From the sequence record SRR9188677_231: a DNA stretch of 64,000 nt. The stretch is one strand, 5' to 3'. The notes under the pieces were generated by a model. The model had not been told where the DNA came from and did no database searches. It worked only from the letters and a program-made list of their open reading frames with translations. The translations under genes and the position numbers were made by a program. Below, piece by piece: positions 53,781 to 62,481 of this stretch. Within the stretch, counting starts at the first letter, position 1. The number at the start of each line of letters is the position of its first letter.

Positions 53781-53939
53781 AGCAGACTCCATGCCATCAA
53801 TTAGCCCAAACAAAAAACTTATTTAAGTATATGATTTATATATCATTTATCAACAAACCTCACATTGATTGATGGTGATACCAGGAAGCGGCTGTTGCCT
53901 GTGCAACAAATGGCTCGAGAGGGTGTTGATTACCCAGCA
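53781..53939 (-). promoter_or_regulatory. Sigma-54 promoter 4 with paired enhancer sites
   Basis: TGGCAT-GGAGT-CTGCT at 53781-53796; IHF-like 53824-53836 (1 mismatch); TGT-N10-ACA at 53893-53908 and TGT-N10-GCA at 53924-53939. Confidence 0.78.
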
Positions 53940-54079
53940 ATGAGTGAAAATAGAAGGACTACAAAAAAGAAAGGTATGCTACGCCCTGCCCCCATTAAAG
54001 AGGGATTTAATCAGGGCATAACATACACAGAGATTGCAGCAATTTACTGATGTCAGCTTAATTGCTGCGGGGGAGATAG

Positions 54080-54967
54080 TCAGGCCAGGTGTTGACGGAA
54101 AAACTGCACCGTCCTTCCCCAGGCTAACTTTGCAGCTTCCGCGTCGTATCGCGGCGTTGTATCGTTATTGAAACCATGCTGAACATCAGGGTAAATAAAT
54201 GCCTGATAATTCACTTTTGCGGCTTTTAGTGCGGCCTCATATTTAGGCCAACCAGCATTGATACGTTCATCCTGACCTGCATAATGCAGCAATAAAGGCG
54301 CCTTGATTTTGGCGACTTCTTCATCAGCAGGCTGCCCACCATAGAAAGGGACGGCTGCCCCAAGATCGGAGACTTTAGTCGCCAGGAAATTGGAAATACC
54401 GCCGCCATAACAAAAGCCGACCACCCCGACTTTGCCATTACCTTGCGGCAATTTTTTCAGTGCAGCCGCTGAGGCAATAAAATCTTCACGGCTTTTAGCC
54501 TGGTCCAGCTTCTGGAAAAGTTCACGCGCCTTGTCTTCATCACCGGGATAGCCTCCCAGCGGGAAAAGCGCGTCAGGGGCAAATGCAATAAAGCCATCCA
54601 CAGCCAGACGGCGCGCGATATCTTCAATATGCGGATTCAGGCCACGGTTTTCATGCACGACCAGCACAGTCGGCAACTTGCCTTTGGCATTGGCTGGCGT
54701 GACCAGATAGCCGCGCACTTTGCCGTAACCATTGGGCGAATCAATTTCAATGTACTCTGCCTTGATCCGCACATCAGACTCTTCGACTTGCTTGGCCTGG
54801 GCAAATTTGGGCGTCAAAGCCGCCAGCAGGCCGCTGGCAGTCACCCCAGCAACTGTATATTTACCAGCCTGGTTCAGAAAGTCACGCCGACTGATATCAC
54901 CGTGCACAAACTTGTCAAACAGCCCCAATACTTCCGGATGAAAATCCTTCGCTGTTTTTTGCGTCAT
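54080..54967 (-). CDS. yghX: YghX-like dienelactone hydrolase family protein with Tat motif
   Basis: SRRDFL, HENRGLNPH, GFCYGG nucleophile and HGFNND motifs. Confidence 0.85.
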   Translation of the reverse strand: MTQKTAKDFHPEVLGLFDKFVHGDISRRDFLNQAGKYTVAGVTASGLLAALTPKFAQAKQVEESDVRIKAEYIEIDSPNGYGKVRGYLVTPANAKGKLPTVLVVHENRGLNPHIEDIARRLAVDGFIAFAPDALFPLGGYPGDEDKARELFQKLDQAKSREDFIASAAALKKLPQGNGKVGVVGFCYGGGISNFLATKVSDLGAAVPFYGGQPADEEVAKIKAPLLLHYAGQDERINAGWPKYEAALKAAKVNYQAFIYPDVQHGFNNDTTPRYDAEAAKLAWGRTVQFFRQHLA

Positions 54968-54998
54968 TCAAATTCTCCGTAATGTCAGTGATCAATGG

Positions 54999-56351
54999 TT
55001 ATTTAGGGCGGCCAAGGAAGCCTTGCGCCAGCAATGGAATACGGTAAGCGGCGCCACGGCCAACTACGTACAAGGTTTTCTTATCTTTGCCGGCAAAGGC
55101 CAGATTCTGTGGCTTGTTAGGTAAAGCGATAATGCCCTGTTTTTCACCTTTGGCATTAAACACTTCCACACCTACATTAGTGGCAACATACAAGCGATTC
55201 TCCGAGTCCACTGCAATACCATCTGCACCGCTGGAGAACTCACCTGCGGCGTTCTTTTGATAACCTTCCAGCTTGGCGAAATCACGCTTGTTGGATAATG
55301 AGCCATCTGCTTTAATGTCATAAGCAATCAGATATTGATTCGCGGTGTCAGCCACGTATAACGTCTTTTCATCTGTACTTAACTGTACACCATTCGGGCG
55401 CTTCAGATCATTCACCACCCGTGTTGTTTTACCTTCAGGAGTGATGTAATAAACCGCTGGTCTGGCAGGCTCATTATTCCCTTCTTCTGGCTTGGGAATC
55501 ACGCCAATATCGGTAAAGTAGATACCGCCTTTTTTATCCAGTACCAGATCATTCGGGCGCTGGAACGGTTTGCCATCATAGCTGTTTGACAATACTTTTT
55601 CATGGCCGGCAGGATAGATAATTCCGACTTGCGGCTTCAGGTTCTGCACAGAAATCAGGTCACCTTTAGGTGTGAATGCCAAACCATTAGAACCATTGCT
55701 GTTTTGCAGGAAGATAGACACGGCACGGTCATCTTTCAGCTGCGTAATGCGGTTAGCACGGGTCTCGGTGAAAATGGCAGAGCCGTCCGGCAAGGCAATC
55801 GGGCCTTCGGTACCATCAAATCCTTCATACAAGAATTCGTACTTGCTACCTTTGGCGACAACACCAGGGATATCCGCATTCACTTCATACTTTGGTGTCG
55901 GCGGTGCGATTTTGGTTAATGCACCACCCTGTGCTTCGTAGTCCTGTGCGCCAATTGCACCAACGACCTTATAGCCTTTATTAATCAGCAGATCAGCTGC
56001 TGCATGCGCTCGACCGGCATGATTGGAGACTGTAGCAACCTGTTTATCCTTTGGAATGTAATCCAGGTACTTTTCCAGCTCTTTGGATTGGATATTCAGA
56101 TAAACCGGGAAACCACCGATTTTGATTAACTCGTCCGGACGACGTAAATCAATCAGTACATACTCATTTGGCTTGGACAGAATGGCATCGACTTCTTCAC
56201 GGGTTAATTTCTTGGAAATTGGTGGTTTTTTTGCTTCTTGCGTGCTCGCTTGCGGTTCAGCCGCAGCTACGGTGGTCGTCACCCCTCCGGCATAAGATAC
56301 CGTTGCCGCGGAAATAAATAGTGTTGCTACGATCAAGTGGATCTGTTTCAT
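54999..56351 (-). CDS. Secreted fusion: rhodanese-like domain plus SMP-30/gluconolactonase propeller
   Basis: Signal peptide; IDLRRPDE...VSNHAGRA rhodanese fold; TEGP, RPND, RPNG and ADGI propeller motifs. Confidence 0.85.
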   Translation of the reverse strand: MKQIHLIVATLFISAATVSYAGGVTTTVAAAEPQASTQEAKKPPISKKLTREEVDAILSKPNEYVLIDLRRPDELIKIGGFPVYLNIQSKELEKYLDYIPKDKQVATVSNHAGRAHAAADLLINKGYKVVGAIGAQDYEAQGGALTKIAPPTPKYEVNADIPGVVAKGSKYEFLYEGFDGTEGPIALPDGSAIFTETRANRITQLKDDRAVSIFLQNSNGSNGLAFTPKGDLISVQNLKPQVGIIYPAGHEKVLSNSYDGKPFQRPNDLVLDKKGGIYFTDIGVIPKPEEGNNEPARPAVYYITPEGKTTRVVNDLKRPNGVQLSTDEKTLYVADTANQYLIAYDIKADGSLSNKRDFAKLEGYQKNAAGEFSSGADGIAVDSENRLYVATNVGVEVFNAKGEKQGIIALPNKPQNLAFAGKDKKTLYVVGRGAAYRIPLLAQGFLGRPK

Positions 56352-56443
56352 TGTTTTCCTCTTATATTCATCAGGGTTGAAGCTCTACATGTTTGGTATA
56401 ACCGCTTTGCGAACCAGGTACATGTGATATCAGACCTGACTAT

Positions 56444-56633
56444 TGCAACACACATGCCAGTTTTAGAAGTCGCAATAAAATTATTTCCAGTTTGAGAAGA
56501 ATCACCTAACCAATTGATTTTAAAAACCTTTAAGTAAAACAAAAATGGCACACCATTGGTGTGCCATTTAACGATTGCCATCTATCTGTTGATTTCGCAA
56601 CAGTTGCGATATCAGGCTGTTGGGTCAGAAACA
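56444..56633 (-). promoter_or_regulatory. Sigma-54 promoter 5 with paired enhancer sites
   Basis: TGGCAT-GTGTG-TTGCA at 56444-56459; exact IHF consensus 56507-56519; TGT-N10-ACA at 56587-56602 and 56618-56633. Confidence 0.82.
56543..56569 (-). terminator. Palindrome with T-tract, probable terminator for the upstream operon
   Basis: aaatggcacacca-t-tggtgtgccattt; continues ttgtttt on the minus strand. Confidence 0.55.
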
Positions 56634-56838
56634 GAAGTGTAAACTAAAGCAATAAAACTTATAGCGTATCCCTACCCACACTGTACGTAACTCCAGTGGA
56701 TATATTCAAACTAATGTCCAAAGGTCTTAGGATTAAGGAAGAAACTGATAAGAAATATAGCGGGAAAAGATGAGATGCACTATCACAACGAGCATAGTTT
56801 TAGTACTAGCCCGCCTTGCTTTCAAGGATTATGAAAGA

Positions 56839-57123
56839 TTATTTCAGATAGGTTTTAAGAACGTTGATGACCTCATCAAGATCTTCCTGGCGATTATGGC
56901 CATGCTCATCTGCCTCGTGCGGCTGGCCTAAATGTTCGCGAATATGGCCCTCCAGTGCTTCAGACATCAAGCCATCAATAGCCCCTCTCACAGACGCGAC
57001 CTGGTGCAGAAAATTAGCGCATGCCACCCCGTTATATAGTGACTTTTCCAGCGCGTCGATTTGACCTTTGATTCGGTTAATGCGCAGGCCAAGTTTTTTA
57101 TTATTTTCCGTGATGTGAGACAT
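56839..57123 (-). CDS. CsoR/RcnR-family repressor with RcnR (Ni/Co) fingerprint
   Basis: From MSH: His3, Cys35, His60, His64; RINRIKGQ and C-terminal YLK. Confidence 0.85.
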   Translation of the reverse strand: MSHITENNKKLGLRINRIKGQIDALEKSLYNGVACANFLHQVASVRGAIDGLMSEALEGHIREHLGQPHEADEHGHNRQEDLDEVINVLKTYLK

Positions 57124-57191
57124 GGTGTTCCTTAAAAATAATGCCGGGGCAGAATAACTGGCTCCCGGCATTGATGGTCAAGTCGAGAGAG

Positions 57192-57812
57192 TTAGCTTGA
57201 ATACTTAATTGAGCAACCATAAGGCTTGGTGCTGGCGTGCGGCACTTTCTTGCCATCAGCCAATGCTGCCCATACTTCGCGCACGTAGTTGTTTGCTTTT
57301 GGCAGATCTTCTACTTTGGCAGTTGGAATGTCATCAATGCCGCCTTTGTAGACCAGGATGCCTTTAGGATCAACAATGTAAATGTGCGGTGTCGTCTGTG
57401 CGCCGTAAGCCTGGCCAATTTTTCCATCCGCATCCAGCACCACATAAGCAGGTTTTGCGCTTCTGGATTCATTCAGTTTGGTGGCTTCTGCACCACTCAC
57501 ATGGCCTTGTTTACCTTCTGCGGATGAGTTTACTTGTACCCATACAATATTCTTAGCGGCTGCGTCTTTTTGCAGTTGTGGAATATTACCACTTTCATAG
57601 TGTTTTTTTACAAACGGGCATTCGTGGTTGGTCCACTCCAGCACCACTGTTTTGCCTTTCAGCGAATCCAGGCTGAGCTTGCCGCCATCTGCTGTGGTGC
57701 CAGTGAATGCCGGTGCCGGTTTATCTATAATGGCTTCTGCAGAAACTGACTGGCTGAATACGCCAATCGCCAAACCGATCAAGGTATGAGTAAAAATTTG
57801 CTTAATTTGCAT
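57192..57812 (-). CDS. Periplasmic peroxiredoxin-like (AhpC/TSA) redoxin
   Basis: Signal peptide, EWTNHECPFV, TTPH, YKGGID and YGCSIKY motifs. Confidence 0.85.
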   Translation of the reverse strand: MQIKQIFTHTLIGLAIGVFSQSVSAEAIIDKPAPAFTGTTADGGKLSLDSLKGKTVVLEWTNHECPFVKKHYESGNIPQLQKDAAAKNIVWVQVNSSAEGKQGHVSGAEATKLNESRSAKPAYVVLDADGKIGQAYGAQTTPHIYIVDPKGILVYKGGIDDIPTAKVEDLPKANNYVREVWAALADGKKVPHASTKPYGCSIKYSS

Positions 57813-57846
57813 GATAGCTCCTGGGTTGTATAAAAGTTGTGGTTAA

Positions 57847-59955
57847 TTAAAGTTGGATATGGGAAAGCACACTGGCTGGCGTCAGAATCTGTGGCAGCTC
57901 AATCGGCTTACCGGCATGTCCCGCGGGATAAAACACGTACAAGGGCACACCACTGCGCCCGAACTTAGTCAGAATTTTGGTGATTTCGGCATCTTTGTTG
58001 GTCCAGTCGCCTTTTAAATACGTAATTCCCTGTTGTTCGAATGCCTGTACGACTTCGGGCTGGCTAAGCGCGACCTTCTCATTGACCAGGCAACTGATGC
58101 ACCAGGCCGCAGTAAAATTCAGGAACACCGGCTTGCCTTCTGCCAGCAGGGACTCAAGTTTTTCGGCCGAATACGGCTGCCAATTTTGTTTTAGGGATTT
58201 AGCCTGTTTATCAGGCAAAGCTTCTGTGGGAGTTTCGGCCAGTAAAGTGACCAGCCCGATAGCAAGCCCCACCACCAGCACTACGCCAGCATTTGCAAAT
58301 TTAAGCCTGGTGGATGAAGCGCCCCTGCTGATGGCATACATCCATGCGGCCAATGCAATCAATACAAAACCACTGAGGACCAGCACCACCGCCAGCTCGC
58401 CTTGCTGCTGGGCTAGCACCCACACCAGCCACACGGCGGCTGCATACATAGGGAATGCAAAAAACTGCTTGGTGTATTCCATCCATATACCCGGTTTTGG
58501 CAATGCTTTTTGCAGGCCAGGCCAACTGGTGAGCAGCAGATAAGGAAATGCCAGGCCCAGACCGAGACTGATAAAAATCACTATCAATTCAGGTGCTGGG
58601 CGCGCCAGCGCAAACCCTAAGGCAGCGGCCATAAATGGTGCAGTACAAGGCGTCGCCACTACGGTGGCGAGTACACCGGTAAAGAAACTGCCCCAATAAC
58701 CAGGCTTATCCGCCAGATGACTGCCTACGCCACTGATACCGCCACCAATGGTAAACACGCCAGATAAATTCAAGCCGACAGTAAACATCAGGTAAGCCAT
58801 CAGGAACACAAACCACGGTGACTGGAACTGGAAGCCCCAGCCCACCTGTGCCCCACCCGCTTTTAACAACACCAGAACCAGGGCTAGCGCAACGAAGCTG
58901 ACAACCACACCAAGGGTATAAACAAGCCCTTGCCTGATCAGCTCACCGCGACCGAGACTGGAATGCGAGATGAGAGAAAGTGCTTTGATAGACAGTACCG
59001 GAAACACACAAGGCATCAGGTTGAGGACTATGCCGCCTGCGAACGCCAGAAAAATCGCCAGCAACAGGCTGTCAGTGCCTGTTTCAGCGGGACTAGATTC
59101 AGTCACGGTTTGCAGTTTGGGATTCAGTAAATAACCGCTGGTTTCAGTGCTCTGCCCCTTTGCAATTAACACGCCTTCCAGTGCTTCGCCGGGTTGCAGC
59201 GGCATATCTCCGGCATGCAATTCTATGGCGATGCCAGTAGCGGTTTTTGTAACTACCTGCTCATGGCTTTGGGCAATCTTTCCCCATTCGTAAGGATAAA
59301 ACCAGATATCCTTCACTGCTGCATCAGCTAGTTCGGGCGCATCCACCAGTAATGTCAATGAACCGTCACTGCCTTGCAAACGGACAGGCCAGCTTACTTT
59401 GGCAGGCTGTCTTTCCAATGCCAGATCGATATCGGGGGCAGCAGTTTTCCGCCCTTGGCCAGCGGCTACTACTGGCAAATCCAGCGATAAAACAACTTGC
59501 TGTGGAATACACTCTTCCTTGCACACCAGCCAGTCGACCACCGCCTGAACTTTCAGCGGTTTGCCAGGTTTTAAATCGGCTGGCAATTTCAACGGCGTGG
59601 GTAATGTCACGCTATTTTCATAGCCGTAATTCACAATCGGGCCCATTTTGAAACGATCCGGCATTGGCCAGACCACATCACCCGCCTCTACTGGCTGGGA
59701 AAACTTCCAGCCTATGGTAGTCACCGTTCCGGAGTCACCAGGGTTACGCCAATAGGTATGCCAGTGAGGCAGAATATCGAGTTTGATCCCCAGAGTAATT
59801 TGCTCACCTGGCGCAATGTGGCTATGTGAAGAAATCAAGGTGGCTGTCACCTGCGGTGTGCTGGCCTGATTTGAAGCCGCCATTACAGGCAGGCTTAATC
59901 CCATCCAGAGGACCCACAACATCAGGTTTCTGATGGAATAACCTTTAAACATCAT
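57847..59955 (-). CDS. dsbD: DsbD/ScsB-type protein-disulfide reductase
   Basis: WHTYWRNPGDSG and CKEEC alpha domain, NLMPCVFP / ATPCTAP TM domain, WCISC thioredoxin domain; start MMFKG overlaps the upstream stop (ATGA). Confidence 0.9.
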   Translation of the reverse strand: MMFKGYSIRNLMLWVLWMGLSLPVMAASNQASTPQVTATLISSHSHIAPGEQITLGIKLDILPHWHTYWRNPGDSGTVTTIGWKFSQPVEAGDVVWPMPDRFKMGPIVNYGYENSVTLPTPLKLPADLKPGKPLKVQAVVDWLVCKEECIPQQVVLSLDLPVVAAGQGRKTAAPDIDLALERQPAKVSWPVRLQGSDGSLTLLVDAPELADAAVKDIWFYPYEWGKIAQSHEQVVTKTATGIAIELHAGDMPLQPGEALEGVLIAKGQSTETSGYLLNPKLQTVTESSPAETGTDSLLLAIFLAFAGGIVLNLMPCVFPVLSIKALSLISHSSLGRGELIRQGLVYTLGVVVSFVALALVLVLLKAGGAQVGWGFQFQSPWFVFLMAYLMFTVGLNLSGVFTIGGGISGVGSHLADKPGYWGSFFTGVLATVVATPCTAPFMAAALGFALARPAPELIVIFISLGLGLAFPYLLLTSWPGLQKALPKPGIWMEYTKQFFAFPMYAAAVWLVWVLAQQQGELAVVLVLSGFVLIALAAWMYAISRGASSTRLKFANAGVVLVVGLAIGLVTLLAETPTEALPDKQAKSLKQNWQPYSAEKLESLLAEGKPVFLNFTAAWCISCLVNEKVALSQPEVVQAFEQQGITYLKGDWTNKDAEITKILTKFGRSGVPLYVFYPAGHAGKPIELPQILTPASVLSHIQL

Positions 59956-60482
59956 TGTGCGAGCCTGTCCTGGATTTTCTGTAAACCGGCAATGGCGCAA
60001 GGCTCATCCGCGCGGCCGCCACCCACGCCGATCGCACCAATGATTTCATCACCAACCTTGATCAGAATTCCACCCGGACGGCCATTGATATTAGGGTTAG
60101 CCGCCACTGAATCAGCAAATGCCTTATCCGTTTTTGCCTGTTCAAACAAAGCACTGGTGCTTTGTTTGAACTGCAATGCGGTCTGTGCCTTGATCGTGCT
60201 GGAGCTGACGCCACGTGGTGACGTACCATCTGCAGCAAGCAAAGCCTTCAACACTCCTGCGGAATCCACCACACTTGCCGCAACTGTTTGTGCACCATCG
60301 GCAGCACAAGCCTCTACAGCAACTTTTGCGGCTTCTATCGCCAATGCCAGGGATGGGCCTTTGGCTGCAGGCACCCTGGCAGGCGTATTGGCTGGAGGGG
60401 GTGGAGGATCTTCGGCCATCACCGGACTGGCAATGGCTCCGTACAACCACACAAGTACAAGACTTGCAGGTAATTTTTTCAT
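59952..60482 (-). CDS. Secreted GlcG/HbpS-like heme-binding protein
   Basis: Signal peptide, SVVDSAG, KAQTA, PGGILI and GAIGVGG motifs. Confidence 0.82.
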   Translation of the reverse strand: MKKLPASLVLVWLYGAIASPVMAEDPPPPPANTPARVPAAKGPSLALAIEAAKVAVEACAADGAQTVAASVVDSAGVLKALLAADGTSPRGVSSSTIKAQTALQFKQSTSALFEQAKTDKAFADSVAANPNINGRPGGILIKVGDEIIGAIGVGGGRADEPCAIAGLQKIQDRLAQ

Positions 60483-60632
60483 AACATTTTCCCTGAATCT
60501 TTAAACAAATCCTTTAAGCATCATTTTTTTAGCAGGTGTGACGTCATCACCCCACTTCACATTTAGGTTGCTATTCATTAATTCCTGACATGGAAAGCAA
60601 CACATGCATATATAAACATCAGGGAGCTTATT

Positions 60633-60825
60633 CGCAATTGCTATGCCAATACCTCACAAACTTAATATGAGATAAAACAAATAATTTTTAACCGATTAAA
60701 ATCAATACATTATTGGCAGGCACGTAATTAGTTTAAAAATTAAAGTTATTTAGTTAATTACTCTCAAATCATCACGCCTGTTTGAAATTCAACACTTGAC
60801 TCAACATATTGCTGCCACAGAAACA
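60633..60825 (-). promoter_or_regulatory. Sigma-54 promoter 6 with paired enhancer sites
   Basis: TGGCAT-AGCAA-TTGCG at 60633-60648; exact IHF consensus 60700-60712; TGT-N10-ACA at 60779-60794 and TGC-N10-ACA at 60810-60825. Confidence 0.8.
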
Positions 60826-60855
60826 TTCATTCTTATTCAACTTGAGTTTTAACAC

Positions 60856-61045
60856 TGTTTCTACACAAACACTTTGCTCTTGAATTGTTCAGATACCAGC
60901 AGACCCCAGCTTTACATCACCAAGGCCTCAACATCTTGGTGTAGATACCTTTAAAAATTTCATATACAAATCAGCCTCTTAAAAAAAGCTGGCATCAAAC
61001 CAAGCGGCCAGCAAGGCGGAGAAGCAACGTGGCATATTTTCTGCT
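60856..61045 (+). promoter_or_regulatory. Sigma-54 promoter 7 with paired enhancer sites
   Basis: TGT-N10-ACA at 60856-60871 and TGT-N10-GCA at 60886-60901; IHF-like 60969-60981 (1 mismatch); TGGCAT-ATTTT-CTGCT at 61030-61045. Confidence 0.78.
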
Positions 61046-61139
61046 AATAGTCATCGCTGAAAGCAATACTATATTGATGACTAACCTTTTATCCGGACCT
61101 ATCCGTCTGTGATTAAAGTAACCAGGATTAAAGCGACAC

Positions 61140-61862
61140 ATGCAAGACACCACCATAAAAGTCTGGGACCTTCCACTACGACTTTTTCATTGGCTATTGG
61201 TTATTACGGTAGCAGTTTCATATCTCTCTGTGAAAACCGACTGGCTGGATGTGGATATCCACTGGTATGCGGGTCTGACCATTACTTTCCTGGTGTTATT
61301 CCGTTTAAGTTGGGGTATTGTTGGCACATCCACAGCCAGATTTACACAGTTCTTCCCTACCCCGCGCAAGCTGCTGAATTACTTTAAAAGTTCGTGGCAG
61401 GGCGTTGGACACACACCAACCGGAGCATTGTCAGTGATTGCGCTCCTGTTATTACTGGCGGGGATGGTTGCGACCGGCGTAATTGCAAGTGATGACATCA
61501 CGCTGCAAGGTCCGTTAGTCAAATATGCAGATGAAGCACTGAGCGACCAGATGTCCGAATTACATTCCCTGCTGTTTAATGTATTGCTGGGCCTGATCGT
61601 TTTGCATGTCCTCGCTATCGTTTTCTACGGGTTACTCAAAAAAGACAACCTGTTAAAACCAATGATCAGTGGGAAAAAGTCCGTGCCCCTTGCCGCATCA
61701 TTAACGCTTCCGCCTATCGGTAAAAGGCTGGGATGGCGCTTACTGTTTAGTGTAATCACTGCTGGCGCATTGACCTGGCTGCTGTTCAGCCCGCAAGCGC
61801 ATACCTTTTTTTACCAGCCCCCGCCTGCCCCAGTTGTGCCTGCTTCACAGCATGCATGGTAA
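61140..61862 (+). CDS. Cytochrome b (Ni/Fe-hydrogenase b-type family)
   Basis: VWDLPLRLFHW, H..G, GHTP.GA, LH...LHV heme ligands. Confidence 0.9.
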   Translation: MQDTTIKVWDLPLRLFHWLLVITVAVSYLSVKTDWLDVDIHWYAGLTITFLVLFRLSWGIVGTSTARFTQFFPTPRKLLNYFKSSWQGVGHTPTGALSVIALLLLLAGMVATGVIASDDITLQGPLVKYADEALSDQMSELHSLLFNVLLGLIVLHVLAIVFYGLLKKDNLLKPMISGKKSVPLAASLTLPPIGKRLGWRLLFSVITAGALTWLLFSPQAHTFFYQPPPAPVVPASQHAW

Positions 61863-61901
61863 CGACAGGCGTTTTTATCATCAATTTCAAGGAAAAAATA
61901 C

Positions 61902-62366
61902 ATGAAAATTCAGACAATCCTGTGCGCGTTTTTGATGTTGCAAGGAGCAGCAGCCTCTGCTGGCCCGATTGAAGATCAGATCAAGTTCCGTCAATCTGCT
62001 TACAGCTTTATTGGCTGGAATACCAACAAAATCAAAACCCAGCTCGACAATCCGGATACACTGTCAAAAGAAGAAATAGTTGCCGCAGCGAATGCCATTG
62101 CTGCTGCTGCGAATTCGGGACTGGGCGCGCTATATGGCCCGGGGACGGACAAAGGCGAAGGCTGGAAGAAATCCAGGTTAAAATCTGAGTTCTTTGAAAA
62201 ACCTGAAGAAGCAAAAAAAGCAGCCTTGCAGTTCAACCTGGAAGCCAATGAGTTTGCTAAGGTAGCGGCCACTGGCGATGTAGGCCAGATCAAAGCCAAG
62301 TTTGGCAAACTGACGCAATCATGCAAATCCTGCCATGACAGCTTCAGGGAAAAAGATGTGAAATAA
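61902..62366 (+). CDS. Cytochrome c' (class II)
   Basis: Signal peptide, IKFRQ, C-terminal CKSCHDSFR. Confidence 0.9.
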   Translation: MKIQTILCAFLMLQGAAASAGPIEDQIKFRQSAYSFIGWNTNKIKTQLDNPDTLSKEEIVAAANAIAAAANSGLGALYGPGTDKGEGWKKSRLKSEFFEKPEEAKKAALQFNLEANEFAKVAATGDVGQIKAKFGKLTQSCKSCHDSFREKDVK

Positions 62367-62481
62367 ACATTACTGTTTGTTTCTATTTTGAACATGCACG
62401 GCGGCTGGCATTTGTCAGCCGCCGTGCGTATGTATAGCAATTAAACAAACCCCTTAACCGCCTGTAGATGCATGAGCCAGT

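Noticed and set aside
53865-54050. 61-aa ORF; also the ORFs at 46029-46223 and 56348-56581
   Set aside because: They overlap promoter and enhancer modules, and show no recognisable protein features.
56543-56569. Palindrome with TGGCAC on both strands as twin sigma-54 promoters
   Set aside because: The -12 position reads TGGTG, not TTGC. A hairpin plus T-tract fits a terminator better.
41459-60901. TGT-N10-ACA sites as evidence of a NifA/nitrogen-fixation regulon
   Set aside because: No nif genes here, the local activator lacks a GAF domain, and related activators use similar palindromes.
61140-61862. Hydrogenase operon
   Set aside because: Only the b-type cytochrome is present, paired with cytochrome c'. 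No hydrogenase subunits or maturases.
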